Assembly: GCA_963840035.1 (NCBI GenBank)
Contig: CAWIXE010000001.1
Span: 864,001 to 928,000, forward strand
Origin: a candidate division FCPU426 bacterium
GTDB lineage: Bacteria; Oederibacteriota; PGYV01; Palsa-1178
Reading direction: 5' to 3'
Length of the DNA: 64,000 bases
The notes beneath the pieces were generated by a model that was not told the DNA's origin, ran no database searches, and was given only the letters and a program-made list of their open reading frames with translations. Both the position numbers and the translations under genes were made by a program. Below, one piece after another: positions 49,470-59,862 of the stretch. Numbering within the stretch: the first letter of the stretch is position 1; every line of letters begins with the position of its first letter.

Positions 49470-49579
49470 GCGGAAACTTTGAGAATCGAAAACCGAGAAT
49501 TGATCAGCGCTCCTTAGAGGGTTCAGCTTCGACGCGCAGGCAAGTTTGGAAAGTTATTATATAAAAGCAGGGGGGTAAA

Positions 49580-50281
49580 ATGAAAAAAAATTTAACTTTG
49601 GTAGTTTTATTGGCAATGGTTGTTTTTGTCTTTTCGGGATGCAGGACTTACATGGTGCAGGTTGACTCCATAAGCGACAGCACGGTGAAGCTGAATAAAA
49701 CTTATGTCATCGCTTCCGGAAATAAGGATACGGGGGTAAATGACCTTCAGTTTAAGGAATTCGCGGGGCTGCTGGTCAAGGCCATGGCAATACAGGGCTA
49801 CATGCTGGCGGCAACGGCGCAGGCCGCGGACATCCAGGTCTTTTTATCTTATGGCATAGGTGTGCCGGAAACGCACGTGTATACGTACCTTGATTCGGTT
49901 TGGGGCCAGACAGGCGTAAATATCTACACTCAGACAAACCAGCAGGCAGGTCCTGATAATACCGTCACCCAGTATACTTCCACATACATGGAGCCGCAGT
50001 ACGGGGTGACAGGGTATGTGGAAAAGACAGGACAGTACACGGTTTATGACAAATATGTTTTGATAGACGCATATGACATTAAAAACAGCACTAAGGGGTC
50101 GCAGTTAAAGGAAATATGGAAAACATCCATGACTGCCAATGGAAAATCAAAAGATTTAAGAAAAGTTTTCCCGGGGCTTCTGGCAGCCGGGTCAAAATAC
50201 ATAGGTATTAATACGGGAGAGAACCTTACGGTGGAAGTCACGCCGGATTCGCCGGAGTTAAAGGCAATAAAGGGGAATTAA
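49580..50281 (+). CDS. DUF4136-like lipoprotein
   Basis: Lipobox FSGC; DLQFKEF..GY..ADIQVFLSYG..IDAYD..IWK pattern. Confidence 0.7.
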   Translation: MKKNLTLVVLLAMVVFVFSGCRTYMVQVDSISDSTVKLNKTYVIASGNKDTGVNDLQFKEFAGLLVKAMAIQGYMLAATAQAADIQVFLSYGIGVPETHVYTYLDSVWGQTGVNIYTQTNQQAGPDNTVTQYTSTYMEPQYGVTGYVEKTGQYTVYDKYVLIDAYDIKNSTKGSQLKEIWKTSMTANGKSKDLRKVFPGLLAAGSKYIGINTGENLTVEVTPDSPELKAIKGN

Positions 50282-50333
50282 TCATAAGTCCGGTTTTACG
50301 CTTCCTGTACTGAAATATAAAAAGGAGGGTGGA

Positions 50334-50819
50334 ATGAACAAAATAACAACATGTCTGTGGTATGACAACCGCGCTGAAGAGGCTGTAAATTTTTACGCGT
50401 CAATCCTTAAAAATGTTAAGATCGGAAAATTATCGCGCTATGATGAGGAAGGCGCTAAAGTTTCGGGGCAAAAAGCCGGAACCGTGCTGACCGTGCCTTT
50501 TTCCATAGACGGGCAGAAGTTCGTGGCTTTGAACGGCGGGCCAATATTTAAGTTCACGCCGGCGATATCTTTCCAGATAAACTGCAAGGACCAGGCAGAG
50601 GTGGACTATCTGTGGGAAAAACTGTCCGAGGGCGGGGGAAAAAGCCAGTGCGGGTGGATAACGGATAAATTCGGGGTATCATGGCAGATAGTACCTCTGG
50701 CGCTTGGAAAACTGCTCGCGGACAAGGATCCTGTAAAGTCAAGGCGCGTAATGGATGCCATGCTGAAGATGACAAAAATAGACATAGCGGGGTTGATCAA
50801 AGCATATAAAAACAAATAA
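50334..50819 (+). CDS. VOC/PhnB-like protein (3-demethylubiquinone-9 3-methyltransferase family)
   Basis: KITTCLWYD..AEEAVNFY, ALNGGP, QCGWITDKFGVSWQIVP and AMLKMTKID. Confidence 0.9.
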   Translation: MNKITTCLWYDNRAEEAVNFYASILKNVKIGKLSRYDEEGAKVSGQKAGTVLTVPFSIDGQKFVALNGGPIFKFTPAISFQINCKDQAEVDYLWEKLSEGGGKSQCGWITDKFGVSWQIVPLALGKLLADKDPVKSRRVMDAMLKMTKIDIAGLIKAYKNK

Positions 50820-50831
50820 ATGGGGGTGACT

Positions 50832-51191
50832 ATGGGAGTGGAATGGATAGAACACAGGGGAAAGAAGATACTTTATTCGGATTTCAGCAACATACGCAGG
50901 CCCGAGGAATCCATAGAGCAGCTTTACTTAATGGAAAAGAAATTCAGGGAGTCAAAGGAAAAGGTAAGGCACATGCTGAACTTTGAAAACACGGCGGTGT
51001 CGCCGGAATTCATGGACGCGGCAAAGAAAGTGGGCCTCGGGCTGATGCCTGACGCGCAGAAGAACGCTTTTGTAAAGGTCTCTCCTTTGAAGACGGTGCT
51101 TTTAAAAGGCTTCCTTTTTTTTACCAACGGCAATGAAAAAACAAAGGCTTTTGATTCAATAGACGAGGCCAAGGACTGGCTTATAGGGTAG
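50832..51191 (+). CDS. STAS/SEC14 (SpoIIAA-like) small protein
   Basis: WIEHRGKKILYSDFS...FDSIDEAKDWL; paralog of 55251-55607. Confidence 0.7.
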   Translation: MGVEWIEHRGKKILYSDFSNIRRPEESIEQLYLMEKKFRESKEKVRHMLNFENTAVSPEFMDAAKKVGLGLMPDAQKNAFVKVSPLKTVLLKGFLFFTNGNEKTKAFDSIDEAKDWLIG

Positions 51192-51418
51192 TTTTTTTAT
51201 TTGCGTGAGTTAATAACAGTAACTGCAAAAACGGCGTCAAACCGGCGCCGGCATTGCAGTCATAATAACGGGAAGGCTGCGTCATAATTTTCTGTCCGCT
51301 GCACGGGATTGGCGGGCAGCCATTTTAGACTGCGTTAGGGCACACACGGGGAATATTGACAAAACTATCAAAAACATCAAAGCCCGTGCTGATAAAAAGA
51401 AATCCGCCTAACAAATGC

Positions 51419-52153
51419 TTATTTAACCGCGTTATCAAGCAGTTTTTGTTTTGCGGTTTTGTACTCTTCCTCTGTAATTAATTTCTTGTCTTTTAAACTC
51501 TTTAATTCCTTTAACTTTTGTTCGAGAGATTTAGGGATTTCCGCTGTATTTTTTTCAGCGCCAGGCGGTCCCGGCGGAGGAATGGTTCTGGCCGTGTTAA
51601 TTACAGGTTTGTCCGTGTTTTCCGGGATAAAGTTCCGGTTCCCGCCCATGGCGTGCCATATGGCAGTTTCGCCGCTATCGGCCATCCTTGAGCACATCCA
51701 TCCCGTAAGGGTCTTTTTATTCTTGTCAAAATAGAACCAGTACCTGTCCCCGTAAAAACGCGTAACTGCCTGCGTTTCTGTGTCTGAAGAGGCTTCCTTT
51801 AAAAAACTACCGGCATGATAAACTGTATTGCCTTTATTTATTAATTTGGCATTATAATATTCGGCAAGTATCGTATCTTTGTCTTCTGAAACCTTTGTGG
51901 GCTGGCCCTTTTCCGACAGCAGTTCATCATATGTCCATTTATATAAGCGCGGGTTGTATTTTTCACGCATTGTATTTACGCCGTCATCGTTTGACAACAA
52001 CACTAACCCGAGCAGGCCGGCTATTGCTGCCGTACTTACTACAACAATAAGGACAGTGTTATCCTGGCCGGCGGCAAATACGGGTTCCGGAGTTGCTGCG
52101 GTAACCGCAATGGAAAAACAGCATATCATGAGGATTGTTATTATTTTTTTCAT
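51419..52153 (-). CDS. Membrane/secreted protein with C-terminal SHOCT domain
   Basis: Signal peptide plus TM; KLKELKSLKDKKLITEEEYKTAKQKLL. Confidence 0.8.
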   Translation of the reverse strand: MKKIITILMICCFSIAVTAATPEPVFAAGQDNTVLIVVVSTAAIAGLLGLVLLSNDDGVNTMREKYNPRLYKWTYDELLSEKGQPTKVSEDKDTILAEYYNAKLINKGNTVYHAGSFLKEASSDTETQAVTRFYGDRYWFYFDKNKKTLTGWMCSRMADSGETAIWHAMGGNRNFIPENTDKPVINTARTIPPPGPPGAEKNTAEIPKSLEQKLKELKSLKDKKLITEEEYKTAKQKLLDNAVK

Positions 52154-52256
52154 TTATTTACACCGCCTTATTTGATAATTTATCATGACAGGGAAGGCCC
52201 TTAAAGTCAATGGGTAACGGGCCTATATACCGGAAAATGCGGCATTATCCGCCGCC

Positions 52257-52401
52257 GATACTGTTATTAATTGTGTAAATGATTTGTTCTTTTTCCCTAT
52301 CCCATTTGGGCGAGGGTAGGGTGAGGGGAATAAGAAAATTGGTTTCACCTCACCCCTGCCCCTCTCCTAAGAGGAGAGGGGAGAAAGCCGTTTACAATAA
52401 C
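52257..52401. mobile_element. Degenerate, internally deleted copy of the 48880 MITE
   Basis: GATACTGT..TGTGTAAAT start, the same internal CCCT..GGGTGAGGGGAATAAGA.AATTGGTTTCACCTCACCCC hairpins, TACAATAAC end. Confidence 0.65.
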
Positions 52402-52466
52402 TCCGCTAACTCGCCTGTTTACTTTGACATTCACTTGATTTATAATATCCTGATGAAAGGGGAACC

Positions 52467-53291
52467 ATGGGAAAAAACACAAATATAGCGGTTATCACAA
52501 CCAATCTTACAAACGGTTTCGGCGCGCAGCTTCTCTGGGGCATGCAGACCGAGGCGCTTGAAACCGAGAATGACATACTTCTTTACACCACTAAATCCGC
52601 ATATAACAAAGGCGGCATCGAATTCCTTCACAACAAAATTACCGCTGAAAAAAAGGCGGATGTTGCCATAATCATGGCGTATCAGGTCAACGACGCAATC
52701 GCGGACATGTATGAAAAAGCGGGGATAAAACTGGTGCTTTTAGATACCATATATAAAGACTTAAGCTCAGTGACCTCAAATAATGAAAAAGGCGCTTACG
52801 ACGCGGGTATGTATATGGCAAAAAGCGGGCGCAAGCGTATGGGTGTTGTAGTCGGTGACGACAGAAACGTGGCCTCACAGAAGGAACGGCTGTATGGATT
52901 CATAAGGGCGCTTGATGAAAGCGGCATAAGTTTTGACACAAACCTTATTTACAGGATAGAAGAATACACGTACAGCGCTGGCAAGGAAGCCCTAAAATAT
53001 ATGGTAATGAATGACGTGGACGGCGTGTTTTGCGCTGCCGGGGATTACGTGGCGCAGGGGTTTTTAAGCGAAGCTTCAAGGCACGGGGTGAACATACCCA
53101 TGTCCATGGGAGTGGTGGGGTTTGACGATATTGAGGTGGCAAAAGACCTTGAAATGACGACGGTTAAGCAGCCGCTGGACTTAATGGGCAGGGAGGCCTT
53201 TAAAATAGCAAAGGCGATGATAGATAACCCGGATATAGGGCCCATAAAAAAGGTTTTTGACTGTACATTTATCCAGAGAAACTCCGCATAA
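52467..53291 (+). CDS. LacI-family effector-binding domain protein lacking the HTH
   Basis: Begins at TNIAVIT (sensor domain); VASQKER, VFCAAGD, VVGFDD and TTVKQP; own RBS; no signal peptide. Confidence 0.85.
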   Translation: MGKNTNIAVITTNLTNGFGAQLLWGMQTEALETENDILLYTTKSAYNKGGIEFLHNKITAEKKADVAIIMAYQVNDAIADMYEKAGIKLVLLDTIYKDLSSVTSNNEKGAYDAGMYMAKSGRKRMGVVVGDDRNVASQKERLYGFIRALDESGISFDTNLIYRIEEYTYSAGKEALKYMVMNDVDGVFCAAGDYVAQGFLSEASRHGVNIPMSMGVVGFDDIEVAKDLEMTTVKQPLDLMGREAFKIAKAMIDNPDIGPIKKVFDCTFIQRNSA

Positions 53292-53375
53292 TTAGATGTA
53301 AACTTTTTTGCGTTTAAAACGTCTAAATAACATTATTGGGCCGTGGTATGCGGCAAAAAATTCAGGGAGGGCAAT

Positions 53376-54401
53376 ATGAAAAAAGCAACAGCAGCAGCAC
53401 TATTAGTTCTGATCATCGCAGTAGCAGCCGGATGCGCCGGGGCGGCAATCAACCAGGAGGCGTTTACAAAGGTTAAATACGCGGGCATCCTGAGCCTGAC
53501 AGTAAAGAAATGCGGGCCGGTAAACGCGGGCAATGAAGAAGTAATCCAGGCAGTGGCAAATTACGCTTTAGGCCAGGCCGAGGCGGCTCTTAAAAAAGTA
53601 CGTTCATTTAAGATGGTATCGGCGGGCGCGCTTTATAAGGTGCCTGAGTATCAGAACGCGGGCACAGTGGCAAAAGCAACCGGCGCATTGGCATACCTTA
53701 AAAATAACCCGGAAGCCATGAATCAGGATATGAAAACCACAGAGACCTCCGGCGATTTCATGACCGCCCTTAAAGCGGGACTGAAGGCTGCCGCTGACTC
53801 GAATGCCGTACACGATAACCCGGCAGCCGCGGCGCAGGCAAGGCTGGACAAATTTAAGGAAGAGCTTGCCGGAGCGGCTGGGCTCCCGTTCATCCCGTAC
53901 CAGGTAATCAACAATAATACGCCGGGCACGACAACCGTGACATACGTAAACGGCGTAAAGCAGGGCGGGGAAAATGAAGGCTTAAAGATGACGATGATAG
54001 AAGAGGCAAAAGCAGTGTGCGCGAAGACCAGGCTGGATGCCGTAATCATAGTGTTTGTTGACACTGCCGCTGACAAGCCCAAAGGCGTTTATGTCATCAC
54101 CGGAGGCAACAGGGTGCTAGGAACTTTAAGGCTTAACATGACAATGGTAATGATAGATAAAAACGGCGAAATAATTTATGACTTGGACTGGCCGTCCATG
54201 GACGATCTGGCCCCTATGAGGCTGGCGCATCCGTCGAACATCGTCACAAAGTGGTATACGCAGGGCAAGTCCGTGGCTGAGACTGCCGTGGACTTAAAGG
54301 ATCCGGGCGGCGATGTATTGAGGAATTACAAGGAAATGGTGGTTGAAAGCAGCAACAGAATGGTGGAGACGCTTCGCAAGGACTTAGGCGAGATAAAATA
54401 A
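53376..54401 (+). CDS. Hypothetical lipoprotein
   Basis: GGGAGG RBS, lipobox AAGC. Confidence 0.75.
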   Translation: MKKATAAALLVLIIAVAAGCAGAAINQEAFTKVKYAGILSLTVKKCGPVNAGNEEVIQAVANYALGQAEAALKKVRSFKMVSAGALYKVPEYQNAGTVAKATGALAYLKNNPEAMNQDMKTTETSGDFMTALKAGLKAAADSNAVHDNPAAAAQARLDKFKEELAGAAGLPFIPYQVINNNTPGTTTVTYVNGVKQGGENEGLKMTMIEEAKAVCAKTRLDAVIIVFVDTAADKPKGVYVITGGNRVLGTLRLNMTMVMIDKNGEIIYDLDWPSMDDLAPMRLAHPSNIVTKWYTQGKSVAETAVDLKDPGGDVLRNYKEMVVESSNRMVETLRKDLGEIK

Positions 54402-54414
54402 ATATTATTCAGAT

Positions 54415-54451
54415 AAAAAAAGCCGCGGGTTAACAGCCCGCGGTTTTTTTT
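54415..54451 (+). terminator. Intrinsic (bidirectional) terminator
   Basis: A-run, GCCGCGGG/CCCGCGGT stem, T-run. Confidence 0.85.
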
Positions 54452-54460
54452 ATGCAAAAT

Positions 54461-54664
54461 CGGCGGCGTGAGCGTCTGATATTTTTTTTGATACCTGTCA
54501 ATTGTGTTGAGGCGAAGCCGGCGAAAATAGACGGATATGTTTGAGGCAAGTTGATGTATGCGCGCGCTGAATTCAGCCGGGCCGGACTGAGGGGCGATAG
54601 TTGGCTTGATGCAAAGGTTCACTCTCCGGCATTATCAAAAAAATATCAGCCACTCCCGCCGCCG
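54461..54664. repeat. About 204-bp element bounded by ~33-bp inverted repeats (MITE-like)
   Basis: CGGCGGCGTGAGCGTCTGATATTTTTTTTGATA ... TATCAAAAAAATATCAGCCACTCCCGCCGCCG. Confidence 0.6.
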
Positions 54665-54831
54665 GCCGAGGTTATGAACGGATTGTGTATACTCCTGTCT
54701 CCAGTCTCTTGTCTCGTTCTTCCTCAACCCACGCACCCATCCATCATAACCCGGCTCAGGGTCTGTTGCTTGACAAATGAAGTTTATATGATATACTTGT
54801 GCTTAATTAAACGGTTAATCAAAGGGGCTAT

Positions 54832-55191
54832 ATGACACCGGAAGAACTGAAAAAAAGGCAGTCCAACAGGCTCGACATAGAGAGGGAAATGTATATACTT
54901 CAGGCAGCCGCAAGCAACGAACTTTTCCCGTCATTTCCGCCTATAGTCACGGTAAAAAATATTTCAGAAGGCGGCATATGCGTAGTCTCCGACAGCGAGC
55001 TGCGCGCGGGCACCGTGCTGGAAGCCGAAATACTTCTGCGCTCTCATGACCTGGAGCGCTTTAAAGTTTTTTGCCAGGCTGTATGGACGAAAAAATCAAC
55101 AGGCGGATATGAAACCGGCATGCAGTTCCTGGGGATAAAAGAAACAGACGGGATGCAGTTGAAGCAATACATTAAAGAGCATTATAATTAA
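54832..55191 (+). CDS. PilZ domain protein
   Basis: RQSNR (RxxxR) and NISEGG (D/NxSxxG) motifs; GMQF. Confidence 0.85.
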   Translation: MTPEELKKRQSNRLDIEREMYILQAAASNELFPSFPPIVTVKNISEGGICVVSDSELRAGTVLEAEILLRSHDLERFKVFCQAVWTKKSTGGYETGMQFLGIKETDGMQLKQYIKEHYN

Positions 55192-55252
55192 AGGCAGTCT
55201 CAATAATCTCAGAAGTCTCAGTGATCTCAGTAGTCCAAAGCGAGACTGCCTT
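55191..55252. terminator. Hairpin between convergent genes with internal 9-mer repeats
   Basis: AAGGCAGTCTC...GAGACTGCCTT. Confidence 0.5.
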
Positions 55253-55607
55253 ACTCCGCCAGCCATTCCTTCGCTTTCTCGACGTCGTCAAATACCTTTG
55301 CCCTCTCAGAGCCTCCCGTGAAGAGCAGGAATCCCTTGAGCATTACGGATTTTAACGGGGAGACTTTGCAGTACGCGTCTTTATATCCTATGGGTATGTA
55401 TTTTTTTCCTATGACCTTTGCTTTTTCCATGAAGTCGGGTGAAAGGTTTGTATTTTCAAAATTCATCAGGTGCCGCACTTTCTCGCCCTTTTCCGGGAAT
55501 GATTTGTCCACCTGGTCAAGCATGGCAAGGGCCTCGTCAGGCCTTAAGTTTGAAAAATCTGACAGAAGAATATTTTTCCCTTTGTGCGTAATCCAGGTGC
55601 ATGACAT
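55251..55607 (-). CDS. STAS/SEC14 (SpoIIAA-like) small protein
   Basis: WITHKGKNILLSDFS...FDDVEKAKEWL; GGGAGG RBS before ATG 55607. Confidence 0.7.
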   Translation of the reverse strand: MSCTWITHKGKNILLSDFSNLRPDEALAMLDQVDKSFPEKGEKVRHLMNFENTNLSPDFMEKAKVIGKKYIPIGYKDAYCKVSPLKSVMLKGFLLFTGGSERAKVFDDVEKAKEWLAE

Positions 55608-55680
55608 GTGAGCCTCCCTGAGCCTGTTTTCACCAGTATATGACAAAATTAAAAAAAATCAACCTGCAATTAAATGCGGA

Positions 55681-55708
55681 TTGACAATAGTTAATATCGG
55701 TTTATAAT
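55681..55708 (+). promoter_or_regulatory. Consensus sigma70 promoter
   Basis: TTGACA-16 bp-TATAAT. Confidence 0.7.
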
Positions 55709-55739
55709 TAAGGCAAGGACAGGGAGGTTTATAAAAATA

Positions 55740-56564
55740 ATGAATTCAAACAAAAGGATCGCGGTTATCACGCCTAATATCCTCAACGGGTACGCGGCTA
55801 AACTGGTATGGTCCATACAGGCGGAAGCGTTTCAAACAGGTTACGATGTTGTCACCTACATAGCGAATTCCATGCATTTAGTCGGCGGCCCCGAATATTT
55901 TTATCATAAACTGACCATGGATAAAAGCGCGGATTCAGTGATAATAATATCATGCGGCGTAAATGAGCAGATAATATCCGGGTTTAAGGGAGCCGGAATC
56001 ACTCCGGTGCTTATAGATGTCCGGTGGGAAGGCATAAACTGCGTCAGGTCCGACAATGAAAAAGGGGCGCATGACGCGGGAACGCATTTCGGCAGGCTCG
56101 GAAGGAAGAAAATCGGAATGATAACAGGCGATCTGGAACAGGCTGAAACACAGCGGGAAAGGTTCGCCGGGTTTGCCAGGGGCCTGAAGGAATACGGGCG
56201 CGTGGTTTATCCGGAATGCGTCTGGAAAAATGAGATGTACACATATCAGTCGGGCAAAGAGGCTTTCAGGTTCATGGTGATGAATGACGTGGACGCTGTT
56301 TTTTGCGCGGCCGGCGATTACGTGGCGCAGGGGTTTTTAAATGAAGCCAGAAAAAACGGCATGGACATACCAAGGGCCATGTCGCTGATAGGTTTTGATG
56401 ACATAGAATCCTCGGCAGACATGGAACTGACAACAATCAGGCAGCCGCTGGAGGATATGGGAAAAGAGGCGCTTCATATGGCTGTGGAGTCGCTGCAGAA
56501 TCCGGCGGCAAAAGTCAGGGATAAGGTATTTGACTGCAGGCTTATCCTGAGGGAAACCGCGTAA
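55740..56564 (+). CDS. LacI-family effector-binding domain protein lacking the HTH (paralog of 52467)
   Basis: 274 aa; shares MVMNDVD.VFCAAGDYVAQGFL with 52467. Confidence 0.85.
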   Translation: MNSNKRIAVITPNILNGYAAKLVWSIQAEAFQTGYDVVTYIANSMHLVGGPEYFYHKLTMDKSADSVIIISCGVNEQIISGFKGAGITPVLIDVRWEGINCVRSDNEKGAHDAGTHFGRLGRKKIGMITGDLEQAETQRERFAGFARGLKEYGRVVYPECVWKNEMYTYQSGKEAFRFMVMNDVDAVFCAAGDYVAQGFLNEARKNGMDIPRAMSLIGFDDIESSADMELTTIRQPLEDMGKEALHMAVESLQNPAAKVRDKVFDCRLILRETA

Positions 56565-56690
56565 AACAAGGATCCGGTAAAAAATCCTTTACCTTTCATT
56601 ATTGTTATAGTATTATGACAACTTGTTTGAGGGCAAAGTATCCCCGCCCTGAAGACTAAAGAACTATCCCCACCCTGGCCCTCCCCTTAA

Positions 56691-58031
<1,341 letters not shown>

Positions 58032-58049
58032 TATCTTAAATAGCAGTTC

Positions 58050-58080
58050 AAAAGGCCGCCTGAAAAGGCGGCCTTTTTTT
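58050..58080 (+). terminator. Intrinsic terminator of eno
   Basis: AAAAGGCCGCCT-GAAA-AGGCGGCCTTTTTTT. Confidence 0.9.
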
Positions 58081-58270
58081 GTAGGGACAGCGCTCCCGCG
58101 CTGTCCGCGCGTCGGGTGTTTTAGAACGCTGTCGGCCTGCGCCGGGCTTGCCGCGGTTTTTCCGGATTGACCGGTTATGATATTCTTTACATTAATGCGG
58201 GCAGGCCTCAAAAACCACGACAAGCCTGACGCGGGCCAGGGTAAAACGTGGCGGGATAAGTAAAAGCTAT

Positions 58271-58370
58271 TTCACCTCACCCCAGCCCCTCTCCTAAGAG
58301 GAGAGGGGAGTCGCAACAACCAAAACCGTACTTTTATCCCTCTCCCTCTGGGAGAGGGTAGGGTGAGGGG
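58271..58370. repeat. CCTCACCCC..CCCTCTCC..GGAGAGGG hairpin repeat pair
   Basis: Same family as the hairpins inside the MITEs at 48880 and 52257 and at 56667-56702. Confidence 0.75.
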
Positions 58371-58450
58371 CAGTGATAAATGTTAAACTTTTTTGTTTTT
58401 ATGATATTATATTTCATATACAAGTGTTTTGAATTTTATCGGGGGAAGAA

Positions 58451-59539
58451 ATGGAAAAGTTCAACTTACAGACCCTTGGCTGGGATGAGTGGTTTGAAAA
58501 ACACTTTGCTTCTTATAAGGAAGCAGGTTTTGAGCCTGCCCGTGTCATAGCTGAATACAAGGAACGTTATATTGTTGTCACTCGCCATGGCGAAATGGAC
58601 GCGGAGGTCACGGGGAAGCTCCTTCATACATCGGAAAAACCGTCGGACTTCCCGAAAACCGGGGACTGGGTCTGCGCGCAGGTTTTTATTGGCGAAAATA
58701 AGGCTTTGATTCACGCCGTGCTACCCAGGAAAACATCCTTTTCCAGAAAGGCCGCCGGCATAAAATCCGAAGAGCAGATAATTGCGGTAAACATAGACAC
58801 GCTCTTCATCGTTCAGGGGCTTGATAACAACTACAACCGCATGAGGCTGCTGCGCTACATAGCTGCTTTAAAAGGCAGCGGCATAGAGGCTGTCGTGGTG
58901 CTAAACAAGACGGATTTAAATAATGAATCCTTAAAAATCCTGGAAGAGACCGCGGAACTTATCAGCCCGGTCCCGGTTCTGCGCATAAGCGCTAAAACCG
59001 GGGAAGGCATGGACAGCCTGGCCGCGTACATGAAACCTGGAAAGACATACGCCTTTGCCGGTTCTTCAGGCGCGGGCAAATCCAGCATAATAAACTCGGT
59101 TGCCGGGTTTAAAATAGCACAGACAAAGGAAGTAAGGGAAGACGACTCAAGGGGCAGGCACACGACCGTAACCCGCCAGCTCTACATGATAGGCACCCAC
59201 GGAATGCTGATAGACACTCCCGGAATGCGGGAGCTTTCCCTTTGGACTGAAAGCGGGGTAAATGACCCGGGTTTTGATATAGTCTCCGAATACGCCATGA
59301 AGTGCAAATTCGCGGACTGCACGCACGAACACGAACCCGGCTGCGCTGTTAAAGAAGCCGCAGAAAAAGGAAAAATACCGGCGGAGATTATGGGGAGTTA
59401 TTTTAAGCTTAAAAAAGAGATGGCTTATACAGCGTCAAGAACGGATGTAAAAGCGGCAATGGACAGGAAAAAGAAAGAGAAGAAACTGGGGAAGTTGATA
59501 AAGGAAGTAACAAGCCACAAGCAAGGGAAGCGTTTGTAG
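58451..59539 (+). CDS. rsgA: Ribosome small subunit-dependent GTPase A
   Basis: GDWV OB-fold, NKTD, GSSGAGKSS, GRHTT, DTPG and CKFADCTHEHEPGC zinc finger. Confidence 0.95.
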   Translation: MEKFNLQTLGWDEWFEKHFASYKEAGFEPARVIAEYKERYIVVTRHGEMDAEVTGKLLHTSEKPSDFPKTGDWVCAQVFIGENKALIHAVLPRKTSFSRKAAGIKSEEQIIAVNIDTLFIVQGLDNNYNRMRLLRYIAALKGSGIEAVVVLNKTDLNNESLKILEETAELISPVPVLRISAKTGEGMDSLAAYMKPGKTYAFAGSSGAGKSSIINSVAGFKIAQTKEVREDDSRGRHTTVTRQLYMIGTHGMLIDTPGMRELSLWTESGVNDPGFDIVSEYAMKCKFADCTHEHEPGCAVKEAAEKGKIPAEIMGSYFKLKKEMAYTASRTDVKAAMDRKKKEKKLGKLIKEVTSHKQGKRL

Positions 59540-59640
59540 TCGCACCCTCTACGCTTCATCGGGGTGCGTACGCCGGGTTAGCAGGCTGTTTGTCGTTTGC
59601 TTCCATCAATGCGTATATATGACGGAAAAACCGTGGGTTC

Positions 59641-59705
59641 CGTAGAGACGCCACCTGTGGGCGTCTCAGGCGGGACGATAGACGGGCACGTCTCCCGTCT
59701 CTACA
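59641..59705. repeat. REP doublet (GTAGAGACG family)
   Basis: CGTAGAGACGCC..GGCGTCTC...AGACGGG..CCCGTCTCTAC. Confidence 0.75.
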
Positions 59706-59772
59706 GGTTTTGGACGATTCATCCTTCGACCAGCTCAGGACGTGGGGGAATCGCACCCGCCAAGCCGGCAAT

Positions 59773-59842
59773 AATTTAACGGCAATTTATCTGCAATTTA
59801 TCTGCAATGATTATTGACCAGCGCGCCTGGGAGTGGTATAAT
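59773..59842 (+). promoter_or_regulatory. Fic promoter preceded by three 11-bp direct repeats
   Basis: AATTTATCTGC-like x3 at 59773-59805; TTGACC-17-TATAAT at 59814-59842. Confidence 0.65.
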
Positions 59843-59862
59843 GTGTTAAAGGATGGTGGGTA

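Noticed and set aside
51255..51412. Integron attC site (GTTAGGGC / GCCTAAC cores, imperfect hairpin)
   Set aside because: The arms and core sites do not pair in attC geometry, there is no repeated attC family between the other genes, and no integrase is present.
54500..54830. c-di-GMP riboswitch upstream of PilZ; ORF 54551-54835
   Set aside because: No GEMM consensus seen; the ORF spans an inverted-repeat element and a promoter and has no RBS.
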